DNA from: Chiloscyllium plagiosum
Taxonomy: Eukaryota
NCBI RefSeq assembly: GCF_004010195.1
Contig: NC_057750.1
Location: 10,752,047 to 10,816,046, forward strand
Reading direction: 5' to 3'
Length of the DNA stretch: 64,000 nucleotides
Positions 13,063 to 26,368 of this stretch are shown here, one piece after another; the stretch's first letter is position 1; every line of letters begins with the position of its first letter. The position numbers and the translations under genes were made by a program. A model generated the notes under the pieces. It saw nothing but the letters and a program-made list of their open reading frames with translations. It was not told where the DNA came from and made no database searches.

Positions 13063-13514
13063 GAGGTAATGTACTGGCCAGCAGAAGGGTCATAAAGATC
13101 ATCTCAACAACAGAACCTGAGAACAAAGACCACTGAATTGCCTTCCCAGTCTTCCTCTGCCAATAATCTATTTTCCTTTTCTGTTTGTTTGTTTGTAAAG
13201 GGGAGTTTATAAGGAGATTAGAGTTATAATTAGTCATGTTTATAATTGCTTATCTGTAGCTAGAGTCTAATTATTTGAAATAAATATTCATCCTTGTCAG
13301 TACAGAAACCTGGCCTGTGCTTTCTATCAACTTGAGTCAGGGATATTGGGTGAATAGTATATACTGATAATAAAATAATCTGTCTGGTGATGTGGATTGA
13401 TGGGTGCTTTCTGGTCAGGACAGAACATCTTCTTGGCACTTGATTTGTCAAGAGTCATGAAACTTTTCATATCCATTAGTGTAGAGAGATTAAAATTACA
13501 TCTAAAAGATACCA

Positions 13515-14357
13515 CCCCTGACAGTGTGTTGCTTTCTCAGCAGTGATGTTCGGACAGTGTGGCACTCCTGCAGTACTGATACTCCGACAGTGCAGCACTC
13601 CCACAGTACTGACCCTCCAACAGTGCAGCACTCCCACAGTATTGATCCTTTAACAGTGCTGCATTCCCTCAGTATTAACCGTCTGACAGTGCAACACTCC
13701 CTCAGTACTGATAATCCAGCAACGCAGCATTCCCTCAGTACTGATCTTCTGACAGTGAGGTACTCCCTCAGTACTGACCCTCTGACAGTAAAGCACTCAC
13801 CTTGTACCGATCCTCAACAATGCAGCACACCCTCAGCACAGACCCTCTGATATTGTGGTGCTTCCTCAGCACTGACATTTTGACACTGCAACACTCCTTC
13901 AGTATGTACCCTCCGACAGTGCGGCACTCTTTCAGTACTGACCCTCCGACAATGCTACTCTCCCTCAGTACTGGACCTCAAATAGTGTGGCACTCCCAGA
14001 GTACTGACCCTACAAGAATGCATACATTATGGGCCGACCGTTTGACAGTGCAGGACTACCTTAGTGCTGACCCTCTGACAATGCAGCACTCTCTCAGTAC
14101 TGATAATCTAACAGAGTAGCACTCCCTCAGTACTGACCCTCCGACAATGCTGTACTCCATCAGTACTGACTGAACTACAGTACTGTACTCCATCAGTACT
14201 GATTCTCTGACAATGCAACAATTCCTCAGTACTGACCCTCTGACAGTGCAGCACTCCCTCAGAACTGACCCTATGACAATGCTGCTCTCCCTCAGTACTG
14301 ACCCTCCAACAGTGTGGCACTCCCACAGTACTAACTCTACAAGAGTACATACATTAT
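13515..14357. repeat. 33-bp minisatellite, about 25 degenerate units
   Basis: Unit cagtactgaccctctgacagtgcagcactccct; ORFs show 11-aa periodicity (STDPPTVQHSH). Confidence 0.92.
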
Positions 14358-14682
14358 AGACTCTACACTCAAGTCAACAGGGTTGGTCTTGAACTAACGA
14401 CCATAGGGGTCTGATGATCAGGTCCATTATTTCAACAAAAGGCTTTGGATTACGTCCTCCTGCTCCTTTTGTCTTCACCTTCAAGTCTACAAAAGGTATA
14501 GGGTCCTAATTTAAATAAATTACTTTTCCCATCAAATGTCCCTGTGTCAAAACAGTGTCTAATCCAATATGGCAGGAAGCGTGTTCAGCTACATAAAACA
14601 TGCTTTACTGCTAAATTGCCATATTGGAGATTACAGGAGGCCATTTTGTTGTTAACAGGTCAAAGAGCATCTCTGTTAGTGC

Positions 14683-14948
14683 AGAACCCACAAAATCAGG
14701 GCCTCACTCAGTTCCAAGGCTTCAAACCTGGGCCTCAGTTTATCAGAATATCAAGGCCTACAGAATCAGGTCTCACTTAGTACAGAATCTTCAGAACCAG
14801 AGCCTCAGTTAGTAACAGCAGCTAGAACTAGGGCCTTAGTTTATCTGTAATTTAAGGCCTACAGAACCTGAGCCTCAGTTAATAACAAGGCTTCAAACCA
14901 GGACTCAGTTTATCAGTAATTTAGCGCTTACAGTATCAGAGACTCAGT
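14683..14948. repeat. Degenerate tandem repeat, units about 30-38 bp
   Basis: Recurrent cagaacc(a/t)gggcctcagtt(t)atcag..aaggc(c/t)t. Confidence 0.7.
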
Positions 14949-15726
14949 GATTTGGGCTTTTCCAACAGACAGGAAGTTGAGAAATCTGATTCTGTGTTAA
15001 GGACACTTGGAGATAGAAATTGATTTTTCACAGTTTTTGGGATTTGTGACCTTTCATCGTCTGCTCAGAATGAGGTGTGCACTTCACAAACTTGGTTTAA
15101 CGTGGCCCAGCTGCATTCTTGGGCCTGCTCCCTTTCTCTCCTCTGCATTTTCCCACAACTCCAGCCAACACATTCTGACTCACCGGCCTGAGATTTGTTT
15201 TGGGCCAAGCAAGCGTCTATATTGGTAACACATTGACCTAGAAGAAGTTGCAAATTTGAGGAACAGCTTCAAAAAAACCCAAGTACGAAAACAATGAACA
15301 ACAACAAGCAATACAAAGCAGTCCAGAGTACTGGCCAATTAATAATTGCAATATCTCTTATTGACAGGGGATTTACTGTGATATAAATTTTTAATGATCT
15401 TGTTTCACAGTTCATTCTTCTTTCAGCAAACATGGAAATCCCAAGGACACACGAAAACACCAAGAGAGCTGTGAGCTAGTGGCAGTTTAGTGTAAGCTCA
15501 TACACTGTATTCCATCACTTGCTTTGGGGAAAGAGAGCAAGGGGATCTTCATGGGAGCTACTTCTACCCAGAAATTTCCTGGGGGCTATTTCTACTCAAC
15601 TGCCATCATGTTACAAGGAATATATACCATATTTCTGGTAAATTTACAGTTGTGTGAGTTTATTATATTATTGTATAGATATCCCAGCAGGGCTGTGTAC
15701 TTTTAAGATAATTTGATAATATTAGA

Positions 15727-16080
15727 GGGCGGTATGGTGGCTCAGCGTTCAGCACAACTGCCTCACAGTGCCAAGGACCTGGATTTGATTCCACTCTTCT
15801 GCAACTGTCTCTGTGGAGTTTGTACATTGCCCCTGTGTCTGCGTAGGTTTACTCCTGTTTCCTCCCACAGTCCAAAGATGTGCAGGTTAGATGGACTGGC
15901 CGTACTAAATTGCCCCATAGTGTCCAGGAACATGCAGGCTAGGTGGGTTAGCTATGGGAAATGCAGGGTTATAGAGATAGGGAAGTTGGGGGGGGGGGTC
16001 AGGGTGGGATGCTCTTCGGAGGGTCAGTTTGGACTTGGTGGGCTGAATGGCCTGAGTCTACACTGTAAGGATTCTATGAT
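15727..16080 (+). mobile_element. HE1-type SINE (attctatg-tail variant)
   Basis: gggcggtatggtggctcag head, HE1 body, ggattctatgatt tail. Confidence 0.8.
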
Positions 16081-17899
16081 TAGGAAACATAACATGCTAA
16101 TGTAAAGGCCCTCGCCTCATGTTGAACACTGCAGTGTGTAGTCAAGTCAGTCAGATGTGTGTCATGTTACAGTTATGTAACGTAGCAAGACTGAGTGTAA
16201 GTCACAGAATCACAGAAAAAAGTTACATTGCAGGGGGAGGCCACTTGGCCCATCTTTACTGTACTGGCTCTTCAAATGAGTATCATTACTGAGTGCCGAT
16301 TTCTTGCCTTTTCCCCATAATCTTGCATTCTATTTCCATCTGAAGAATAATCCAATACCCCTCTTGGATGCTTCAATTGACCCTGCCTCCACCATACTTC
16401 CACACAGTGCATTCCACACCTTAACCACTTGCTGTGTTAAAAAGATTTTCCTCAGTTCACCCTTGCTTCGTTTGCCTGTGTCCATCAGAGGGAATTCCTC
16501 CACGCCAACAAAGCCATATGTTCCCTTATATCCTGTTACCTCCCCTCCCCATGCCACCTCTCAAAGCCAGTCCCTACCATCATTTCACTGCCAGCCAGGC
16601 CCCAACCAATCCCAGCATTTATCTTCGGTCCAGCTGGCTCCATCACAGTTCCTTTCCTTCAGCACTTATCTGTAATGTCAGCAGTGACCACCATCTGAAC
16701 ATAGACAGTCAGATTGGTCAGTGGCTCTCTAAGGTGGTGCATCCTCCCATATAGGAATGATCATCTTGCCCTGCACCAGTTAACACTCCAGAAAATTAAA
16801 ACTGATGGTAAAGGCAGACAGTGTTTTTGTAAGCAAGGAGCCAAGTGACATGTGAGGCAGTGAGGCAAAGTACAGAGTGCAGTGCCCTATACAACCCAGA
16901 TCCATGACTCCAACAGGCTACCCACTGGTTCACTAATGTCCTTCAGGGAAGGAAATGTGCCTTCTTTTCCCAGTCTGGCCTCCAAGTGTCAGACTTCCTG
17001 GCATCATTCTGGACCCTGGGGATGATGATGCGGCATAGCTGGGTCAAATTCCTGGAACTTCTTCCCTAGTGGTACTGTGGTACCACATAGACTGCAATAG
17101 TTGAAGGAGGACTTCCCCCACCCTTTCCCAATTAGGAACGGTCAACAAATGCTGGACTTGCAGTGACGCCCACATTCCATGTACCAGCATAACAAGCACA
17201 CTTGGTGCCAAAAAAAGCCCCAGGGTTTACCCAGAGCATCTCCAAAAACAACCCCGTGTGCTTCCAGAAAAACTTGCAAAACTAATTGGCGCTTCAGGCA
17301 AGTCCCTTTAACTAACTTAAGCCAAAGATCCATCTTGCAGATTTACATTTTTTGGTTGTAGTATAAACAAGGAGCTCCTTTCAACTTCTGAAGAGTCAAA
17401 GTGGACTCCAAGTATTAGTTGTTTCTCTCTCCACAGATGCTGCCAGACCAGCTGAGTTTCTCCAGAAATCCCGGTTTTTTTTTAAGGAAAAGGAGGCCTC
17501 TGCATTTGTTTGCCAAATTTGGAATGCTGGCATCCCATCAATTGATTCAGCCATGATAAATTTATTTATAAATTAAATTCAAACATGAAGCAGCTTTCCC
17601 AGACTCCTCTGGGATTTTGATGAGCTGATGTCATAGCATTGTGAACAGAAACTCTGATAGTGACTCCAGCCTCTGTTAAGCATTTGTAAATTGGAAAGTA
17701 AATGATCTGAGAGGTGAACAGTATTTATTATGGCGACTGTTCTAAGAAACACACTTTTCACATTCTGGCAGAAGCATGTCAATCTCTCGATTCAATATCC
17801 CTTTTGTAAAGTTTCATCTTTTCCTGAAAACATTAACCCAGAACAGAAAGGGTTGACCAAACTTCAAGATTGGCCTTGTAATAGTTGATTGATGTTCCA

Positions 17900-18725
17900 G
17901 TGCTACTTAATCCAGGGTTCATTCCTCCTGGGCCAGTTCCATAACACTCAGATAGTGAAACATTCATACAGTATAAGACGCTGTGAGATAACACATTCGA
18001 GAGAGGTGGTGGATCTCATAAACAATTCTCTGTGGCAACCTGGCAACGTTTTCACGTCTTCCTTGGAAGATTGCAAGTTCAAGTGCCGTTTGATCAGCAT
18101 CCCATCATTCACCGTCAATATTCATCCCCTCCACCACTGATGTTCAGTGGCAGCAGTTTGTACCATCAATAAGATGCACTGCAGCAACTCACCAACCCTC
18201 TTTAAACAGTATCTTCCAAACCTGCAACCACCCTGAAGGAAAAGGGCAGTCTATACTTTAAACAAAAGGCATGAGAGGCAATTTGTTTATGCAGAGACTG
18301 GTTTGTGTGTGTGGAATGAATTTCCAGAGGAAGTGGTGGATGTAGGTACACTTACAATGTTTCAAAGACATGTAAATACACGAATAAGAAACGTTTAGAG
18401 GAATATGGGCCAAGTGCAGGCAGGAGGTATTATAATCGGCTTGGACTGGTTGAACTGTAGAGTCTGTTTCCCTGCTGTATGACTCTATGTCTATGATTAT
18501 ATATAGGTACACTGCCCTGTGCAACTTCCCTCCAAGCCACTCATCATTCTGACTTGAAAATATATCGCCGTTCCTCCACTGTTGCTGTCAAGATCTTGGA
18601 ACTCACTCCATAACTGAACATCTTGTATCCCTACACTACATGGACTGCAGTTGTTCTCAAGGGGCAATTAGGGATAGGCAATAAATGCTGGCCCAGCCAG
18701 CAATGCCCACATCTTATGAAAGAAT
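17900..18725 (+). mobile_element. Second CR1-like family fragment with a nested HER1-type 3' fragment (about 18258-18500)
   Basis: ccctccaccactgatgttcagtggcagcag..aagatgcactgcagcaactcacc body and aataaatgctggcccagccagc tail, interrupted by a tggaatgaatttccagaggaagtgg..gactctatg segment. Confidence 0.7.
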
Positions 18726-18814
18726 TGAAAACAAGGATGCAGAGAACTGAACATAAAAATCTGGGCTGACATGATTGAGATCCCCTGTTCAAAGAAAAGC
18801 AGATGAGATTTCTT

Positions 18815-19110
18815 CATTGGTTAGGCCACTGTGCAATTCTGGTCTCCTTCCTATTGGAAAGATGTTGTGAAACTTGAAAAAAGATATAAAAGAGACCTAC
18901 AGGGCAACTTTTGCACACAGAGGGTGGTACGTGCATGGAATGAGCTGCCAGAGGAAGTGGTGGAGAGTAGGTATATGAATAGGAAGGGTTTGGAGGGATA
19001 TGGGCTGGGTGCTGGCAGGTGGGACTAGATTGGGTTGGATATCTAGTCGGCATGGACGGGTTGGACTGAAGAGTCTGTTTCCATGCTGTACATCTCTATG
19101 ACTCTATGAC
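18815..19110 (+). mobile_element. CR1/HER1 3' fragment with internal deletions
   Basis: QFWSPSYWKDVVKLE joined directly to KRDLQGNFCTQRVV; (ctctatga)n tail. Confidence 0.85.
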
Positions 19111-20369
19111 TCTATGTACTCAAGCCATTTGTACAAATTATACAATTATAGAAATTCTGGACAAATTTAAGTGGCTGCTGAACAAGCTCAACCTTGTCGA
19201 ACTATTCCATAGATTTGAGCACTTTGACTGGGCAGACATTTTAGCGCAGTATGGAAGGAGTGCTACACTGTCAGAGGGGATGTGTTTAAGATGAAATTAA
19301 TGTTTACAGGGGGTTCTGGACAAAATAAGACCTCCTTGTATCCCCACCTCACTCGCTCCCTCAGACAAAATTCCAGGGGCAACCCTGACCAGGCCCTTGC
19401 TTAATATCCTGAAATGAAAGTTTTTTCATAGGTTAGCCATCAAGCCTATGGAGGAAACTGGTGGTCTCAAGCCTCTGTGTGAATGGGTTGGGGCCAAATC
19501 TAATGAGCAAACAAGACCAAAAATAATAAGATCACTTCCTCTTGATCATTTTTAGCTGGAACGGAAAGTGTTACAAGGGTGACACTCAAGTGCAGAGTGG
19601 TGTTCCTCAATGAAGCTACACATGAGGCCCACATCTGAGGAACGTATCACGTTCCCGCAGCAGACTTCTTTATATCTACCATTCCACCTGTTCCTGTGCC
19701 AAGCAGGCCTGACTCAACTACAAAACTAATGATTTATATTTATATAGATACATTAAAGCAGTGAAACATTCCGAGATTCACAGCAACATTCTAAACCAAA
19801 ACCTGACCAAACTCATATAAGAAAATATTAGGGCAAGGAACCATCAGCTTAAGGAACATCTTAAACCGAAAGGGAACAAGAAAGAGATGGAGGGGCTTTA
19901 GGAGGGAATTCCATATCTTAGGGCCCAGGCAACTGGAAAAGCATGGCCAATTAAGGGCATGGAAATCTTGGAGGGGTGTAGGGCTGGAGGAGATAACGGG
20001 TAGAGGGAGGGGCGTGGACCATGAAAGGGTTTGAAGAGAAAATCAGGGTGTTGTTGGACTAGTATCTAGTGTCATTCGGGGAGCACAAGAGCGATGGAAT
20101 TTGTGCAGATTAGGTTAGAATAGGCAGAATAATATTACAGAACCGAATCACAGGGGAGGGAGGACATTCAGCCCATTTTGCCTGTGCAAGCTCTTTGTAA
20201 GAACCAAGATTTGAAAAATCCCACCTCCCCTGCTCTGTCACTGTAACATCACAAATTTCTCACCCATCAAGTAGTTTTCAATTTCACTTTGAAAACTTAG
20301 GATTGAAGAATTTGCTTCCAACATCATTTCAGAGAATGCATTTCAACCTGGCAGCTTAGGCCACAATGA

Positions 20370-20890
20370 TTAGATTCCAGTTTGTAACTTATTCCCAGAT
20401 ATCTATTATTCTACAATATATCTGAACCTCTTGACTAGATTTCAGTCTGTAACTCACTCAGAATAACTGTTATTCTGCATATAAACATACCAATCCCTTT
20501 ATAAGATTCCAGTCTATAACTACTCTAGGATGTCTATTATTCTATAAATAAACTACACTGAAGCTATCGATTAGATTCCAGTCTGTAACTCACTCCTGGG
20601 TATCTGCTATTCTAAACATAAACACCATGAACCCCTTGATTAGATTCCAATGTGTAACTCACTCCTGGGTGTGTATTATTCTATTTATAAATGCCCAAAG
20701 CCTTGGATTAGATTCTGGTTTGTAACTCCTGGTATCTGTTATTCCATACATAACTACCCACCCCCCATCCCGCCCCAATCCCCTTGATGTCTGTAACTCA
20801 CTCTTGGGTATCTGTTATTCTATGTATAAATCCCCAATATCCTTGAACAGGCACCATGTTGGAACTCACCCATGACAATCTGTTACACTA
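20370..20890. repeat. About 68-bp tandem repeat, about 7 units
   Basis: Unit gattagattccagtctgtaactcactcctgggtatctgttattcta..ataaa..gaacc.ct. Confidence 0.88.
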
Positions 20891-22074
20891 TTACATAAAA
20901 TGACAAAGTGAGGCCCAAACGTTTGCATGTTTTTCCGTCTGATGCTGATTGTTCTCTTCAGTCATCTAGAGCCAGAAATTTAGTGGTCATTGTCTACATG
21001 ATGAGACACAGATGAAATGGGGATTCTCACTCTCCACATAGAGAACATCAGCAGTGGCTGCACAGGTCCCCATATTGATCATTAATCAGCCATCAGTTAG
21101 CAGTGGAACAACCACCTTCATTGGATGTGGTGGCGGTGGTGGTAGTGGTGTTGATGGTGAGGGGGGGGGGGGGTGGGGAGGCATCTTGCAAGTGGGATAG
21201 TGGCATAATTCCCCCCTTCCTGCTCAACTACATGCACCTCTTTACCCCAATCAACCAACAAAAGCACCATGTGGAAGGACACAAGCATCATTCTCTCATC
21301 AAGTATAATCAGAGATGAAGGAGACTTTCCCAATAGTGGGAGACATCTCCCCTTGTTGAGCTGCTGCTGCACAGGGTGACAATCTTGGGACACTATGGGA
21401 ACTTTGTGATGATCAATGCCTAAGATAGGGTGTAATACATTCTACACCAAATCAGGAAGAGCAGCTTCACCAAGAATTCTATAAAGCAAGAATGATATGG
21501 TAGGAAGGTTAGCTGGGGTCATGGTGGGGGAAAGATGGCCTGGAATTTGAGTTAGCCTCAGTGAAGAAGAGAGGGTGGAGAGGGTACAACACAATTCAGT
21601 CCAGTAAATGGGGTCAATAAACAGCTATGATCTAAAGATTAAGGAGTTTACTCCCTAGTTAATATTAGCCAAATTGTAAAGTGGACCAAGAGATAGGAAC
21701 AAAAAACGAACAGACAACTTCAAAGGCTCAGTCTGAGTCAATCTAGCATTGAGATGATGTTGCAGATGTTGACACAATCAGATTGGCACAACAACGGGTA
21801 ATTTAGTCTCTCATCCCTTCGTCTTATCATCATCTTTTATTGTGGTATGAGTAATGCAGATAGTGGGTCTACTAATGGATTTAGTAACCCAGTGATTGAG
21901 AGTTTAAATCCCACCAGAACAGTTGGACTAGTTGCTTGCAAATTGTAGATACAAGAAAACGGCGTGGCAGCAAATGCAACCAATGTGCTTTTGGCGATTA
22001 TTGCTTAATAAAGGAAAACAAAAACCAGTGCTGTTTATGGAAAAAAAACCCTGCCATTCTTACACAATCTCGCT

Positions 22075-22745
22075 CTTTCCCCAGTATCTGTTATTCTACA
22101 TATAAACTCTCTTGAACGTCTCAATTAGATTCCAGTCTGTAACACACTCCTGGGTATGTCATTCTCTATATAATTCCATGAACAACTGAATTAGGTCCCA
22201 GTATGTTACACACTCCTGGTATCTATTATTCCATATTTAAATCCCCCCCAACCTCTCAATTAGATTCCAGTCGATTAATTCACTCCAGGGTATCTGTTAT
22301 TCTACAGATAAACCACACCGAACACCTCGATTAGATTCCAGTCTGTAACTCATTCCTGGGTATTTGTTATTCTGCACATAAACTGTCCAGAACCTCTCAA
22401 TTGGATTCCAGCCTGAATCGAGTTCAAGGTGAAAGGGGAAAAGTTTAAGGGAGATATACGTACAAAGTTATTTACGCAGAGGGTGGTGGGTGCCTGGAAG
22501 GTGTTATTAGCGGAGTGGTAGAGGCAGGCACGATAGCGTCATTTAAGATATGTCTAGATAGACACATGAATGGGCAAGGAGAAGAGGGATACAGATCCTT
22601 AGAAAATAGGCGACAGATTTAGATAGAGAATCTGGATCAGCGCAGGCTTGGAGGGCTGAAGGGCTGTTCCTGTGCTGTAATTTTCCTTTGTTCTTTGTTC
22701 TAACTCACTCTGAGTATCTACAGTATTATTCTCAATACAAACACT
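22075..22745. repeat. Second array of the same 68-bp repeat, interrupted by a CR1 3' fragment (about 22418-22700)
   Basis: Five units to about 22415, then CR1 (tttacgcagagggtggtgggtgcctgg..ttctttgttc tail), then taactcactctgagtatct resumes. Confidence 0.85.
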
Positions 22746-24549
22746 CCGGTCCCACACTAACAATGCTAACTCCTAACTGGCTCTCACGTGGCTTCAGTTG
22801 TCTCAAAATGACAACAACACAGTGGGGACAAACCAGCTTGTGGGCTGCTGATGTTTAAGTGAGGACATCTGTTAGCACCTTTCAGGGCAGCTGAAGATAT
22901 CTGCAATAAATTTTGACCTTGATAATGGTGTCATATCCAAGACATTGATGGTCCTAATATATGTGTTGCCAACAGTCAGATGGTAAGACAGAGTTTGAAT
23001 CTTGCTGAAAAGAGAGACATGTTGATGAAGCATTCAACAGGAACATGCAAGAATGCCAAATTCAATAGGATCACAACAATTCATATTAAAGGAGAAAAAG
23101 AAACTGATTGGTCGTCGAGTCAACTTTGATTAATCAAGAGGAGCATATATGGGCTGCTGCATTTCCTGCACAGCAACAGTGAATTACCCTTCTGAAAAGA
23201 CTTATGTAAGTTGCAAAGTGCTTCAGGACACCTTGGATTTATGACAGGCACTACAGAAATCAAAATGCTTGTTCTTTGAGTAACCCAGCTCCTATTCAGC
23301 AAGCCTCATCATTGTTTGAAATGGTGTGTCTATTAACTCACTGCATTTTGCTCCCCAAGGTCGGTTCCACCTCTTGACTCACCACAAGCCCCATACTGCC
23401 TGAGCTACCTACCAGGAGGGAGCAGCTAGAGTGGTTACCAGTTACCGTTCTTGAGGTCTGAGTCACATCTCAAGGTGGCTTGTAGTGAAATAGCCTAACT
23501 TTTTCTTTAACAAATTCTTTCATGGGATGTGGGCATGACTGGCGAGGCAAATGTTTGTTGCCCATCCCTAAATGTCCTTTAACTAAGTTGCCCATTTCAG
23601 AGGGCAGTTAACTAGCAGCCACATTGCTGTGGGGCTGAAGACATCTATCGGCCTGACCAGATAAGGACGGCAGGTTTCCTACCCTAAAGGTGCTTAATGA
23701 CAATTGATAGTTGTAGTGGTCACAATTACTGAGATTAGTTTCTAATTTCAGATTTACTAATTAATTGAATTTAAATTCCACCAACTGTTATGAGTTGGAG
23801 TGTGAACTTCTGTCCTGAAAGCATTCGCCTGGGTCTCTGAATTATTTATCCAGTAACGTTATCACTAGGCCCTCATCTCCCCAAATATTGAATGCCCTCC
23901 TGTTTGGGTCCAGACTCAGGTGCTCAGTTGAGGCATACACTGGCATTGCTGGTAACAACAGGAACACCAGCAGAAATTGGTGATTTCAACAGAGGAAGTA
24001 GCAGCGTGGAGCTAATTATTTGCACTAACTTTGATCTAAATTAACTGAATTTCTGAGGCAGCTGCTTTGTCCGCCCTTCCTCTCCAGTGTATTTATTTAT
24101 GCACGCTTATATTTTCAGTTTGTTTTTGTATATACAGGACTCTAGGCAGCTGACGAGCCTCTTGATTCTAGGGGTCCCAATGGTTCTGCAAGATAATCTG
24201 CCAAGAAACGTTAAACATTGAATGAAATAGCACTTACATCAAGCAGGATAAAAATAGGCATTTTGAAAAGAGACATCCAACAGACTGTTGAGGTCATTCA
24301 GTAATTTAATGCCTGCAGTAACACTGAACACAGCCCACAGTGACTGACGCCTAATGCAGACATATTCCCCAATCTAATGGGATATTCTGCAAATTGTTTA
24401 ACTCATAATAAAAGGAATTGCTTTCTCTCTCTTTCCTGTTTCTCCAGCACATTTCTGCTGAACGTGTGGGTCACATTTGAATACCTTAGTCTTGATAATC
24501 ACTTTATTGTCTAGCACTGTCTCCCCATTCAGCTCAACGCAAGCTGGAG

Positions 24550-25370
24550 AAGACCATAAGACAAGAGATGCAGATATAGGCCATTCAACAAATTGATCGG
24601 ATCTGATCTGATAATCCCCAATTCCACTTTCCTGCTTTTTCCTCATACTGATTAAAAATCTATCTCAACCTTGAATAAACTTAACAACTCAGCCTTGACC
24701 ACACTCTGGTAAAGAATTGACTACCCTTTGAGAGAAAAAAATCATTCTCTTCCCTATCTTAAAAGTTTTATTCTGAGGTGGTGCCTTCCCATAAGGGGAA
24801 ACAATCACTTTGCATCTACTGTAAGACCCCTACGAACTTTGTACACTTTTTCAACAAGATCATCTCTTATTATTCAAAGCTCCAACTAGGGCAAGTCTGA
24901 CCTACCTATTTCTCCTCATAAGACAGTCCCTTCAATGCTAATATCAGCCTAATGAACTCTCTCTGCACTGCCTCCAATGCCAATGTATCCTTCCTTAGAT
25001 AAGGAGCTGAAAACTGTTCACAGTATTCTAACTAGTGGCTTAGACAAATTTAGCAAGACTTCATTGTTCCTGTATTCCATTCCCTTTGAAATGAAAGCCA
25101 ACTTCCATTTGCCTTCCCTATTACCCATTGAACTTAGATTGCTAGTTTTTTGTATTCATTTGCATTCCCAAATCCCTTGTTCTGTAGCTTTCTGCAATAG
25201 TTCTCCATTTAAATAACATTGATCTCCTTTATTCTTCCTGCCAAAGTGTCTAACCTCATAATTTCCCGTAAAATATTCCAGTTGCCATGCAGTAATTTAT
25301 CTATAAACCTCTGCAGACTCTTGCGTCATCCTCACTACTTGCCTTTGCACCTTTATTGTGTCATATTTTT
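24550..25370 (-). mobile_element. Old CR1 LINE fragment
   Basis: Reverse complement of CR1 ORF2 3' region and UTR (aactgttcacagtattcta; tattccattccctttgaaatgaaagccaac). Confidence 0.7.
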
Positions 25371-25459
25371 GAGTAGCACCTCATTTTCCATTTAAGGCAC
25401 TTTACAGGCATTTGGACTCAACATTGAGTTTAAAACTTCAGAGTACAAACTCTTTTCTA

Positions 25460-26368
25460 AACCTTGATTATCCGAATATCAATTATCCGAATTTCGGATT
25501 ATCCGAAGATCTCAAGGTCCCGATAAAAACATTACATCAAAGAGGTGTTACCAACACTGATCACCTCTTTTGTTTATAATGTTTACAATGATTAAAAGTG
25601 AATTCAGCTTACTGAAATGCTGCTGAGAACAGTCCTGGACATCGATGGGAGGCCAGGCACAGTCTCCAAATGACGGACCTCCCGCCTTCTCTTTCTCTCC
25701 CTACACTTTCCCTCCCTACACTTTCCCTGGAGTTCTACACAGGGGTGTACCCTAAACCCCCCTTTCCTAGATAATCTCTTCAATATTGTCCTGCACAGGG
25801 CAGAGTGGGAACTTGTCAAAAGGTTGTGTGTGTGGCTACATGTGTGCATGTGCTATTTTGCAAAGGCAGCAGCAGTCTTGCTATTGGTGTCCAGTCCAGC
25901 TGCTGTCTCCATTCCGTTACTTCATTTTGTTCTGGAGTGTCTTTGGGGAGAAGAGAAAGAGGCATCTGGCCACTTCACTCCATCCGCTGGCTGGAAACAT
26001 GGAGAGTTGAAAGCATACAGCGGGTGGGGTGGGGTGGGGTGTGTGGGGGGTACACAGTGTGCTGCTGCCTAGTCTCCCTAATGGGGAGTGGACATAGTAA
26101 GATGCTCACTCTGTCAATCCCATTGAGATGAAGCAGCAGCAGGGAGAGGCTTCAGCAGTGCTGCAGGTCCCTTACACAAAAGTGTGTGTCTGCTCAGAAA
26201 CAAACCCTGAGAGAGAGGGGGGGGAACAAGGCAGGCAGAGCGAGGAAAAAGGAAAATTCAGAAAACTCCGAGTCCCAGAGGAGAGGCATTGAACCAGTTA
26301 TCCAAATAATCAATTATCCAAATGAAATACTGCCTGCCCATCTTGTTCAGATAATCGAGGTTCCTCTG
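25460..26368. mobile_element. Non-autonomous Tc1/mariner (Tigger/pogo-like) DNA transposon
   Basis: Inverted termini aaccttgattatccgaa (25460-25476) and ttcagataatcgaggttcctctg followed by TA (26346-26370); subterminal attatccgaa repeats; outer part of left TIR missing. Confidence 0.75.

Noticed and set aside
13524..14350. ORFs with 11-aa repeats, and a CRISPR-like look
   Set aside because: Pure 33-bp tandem repeat with no unique spacers, in eukaryotic context.
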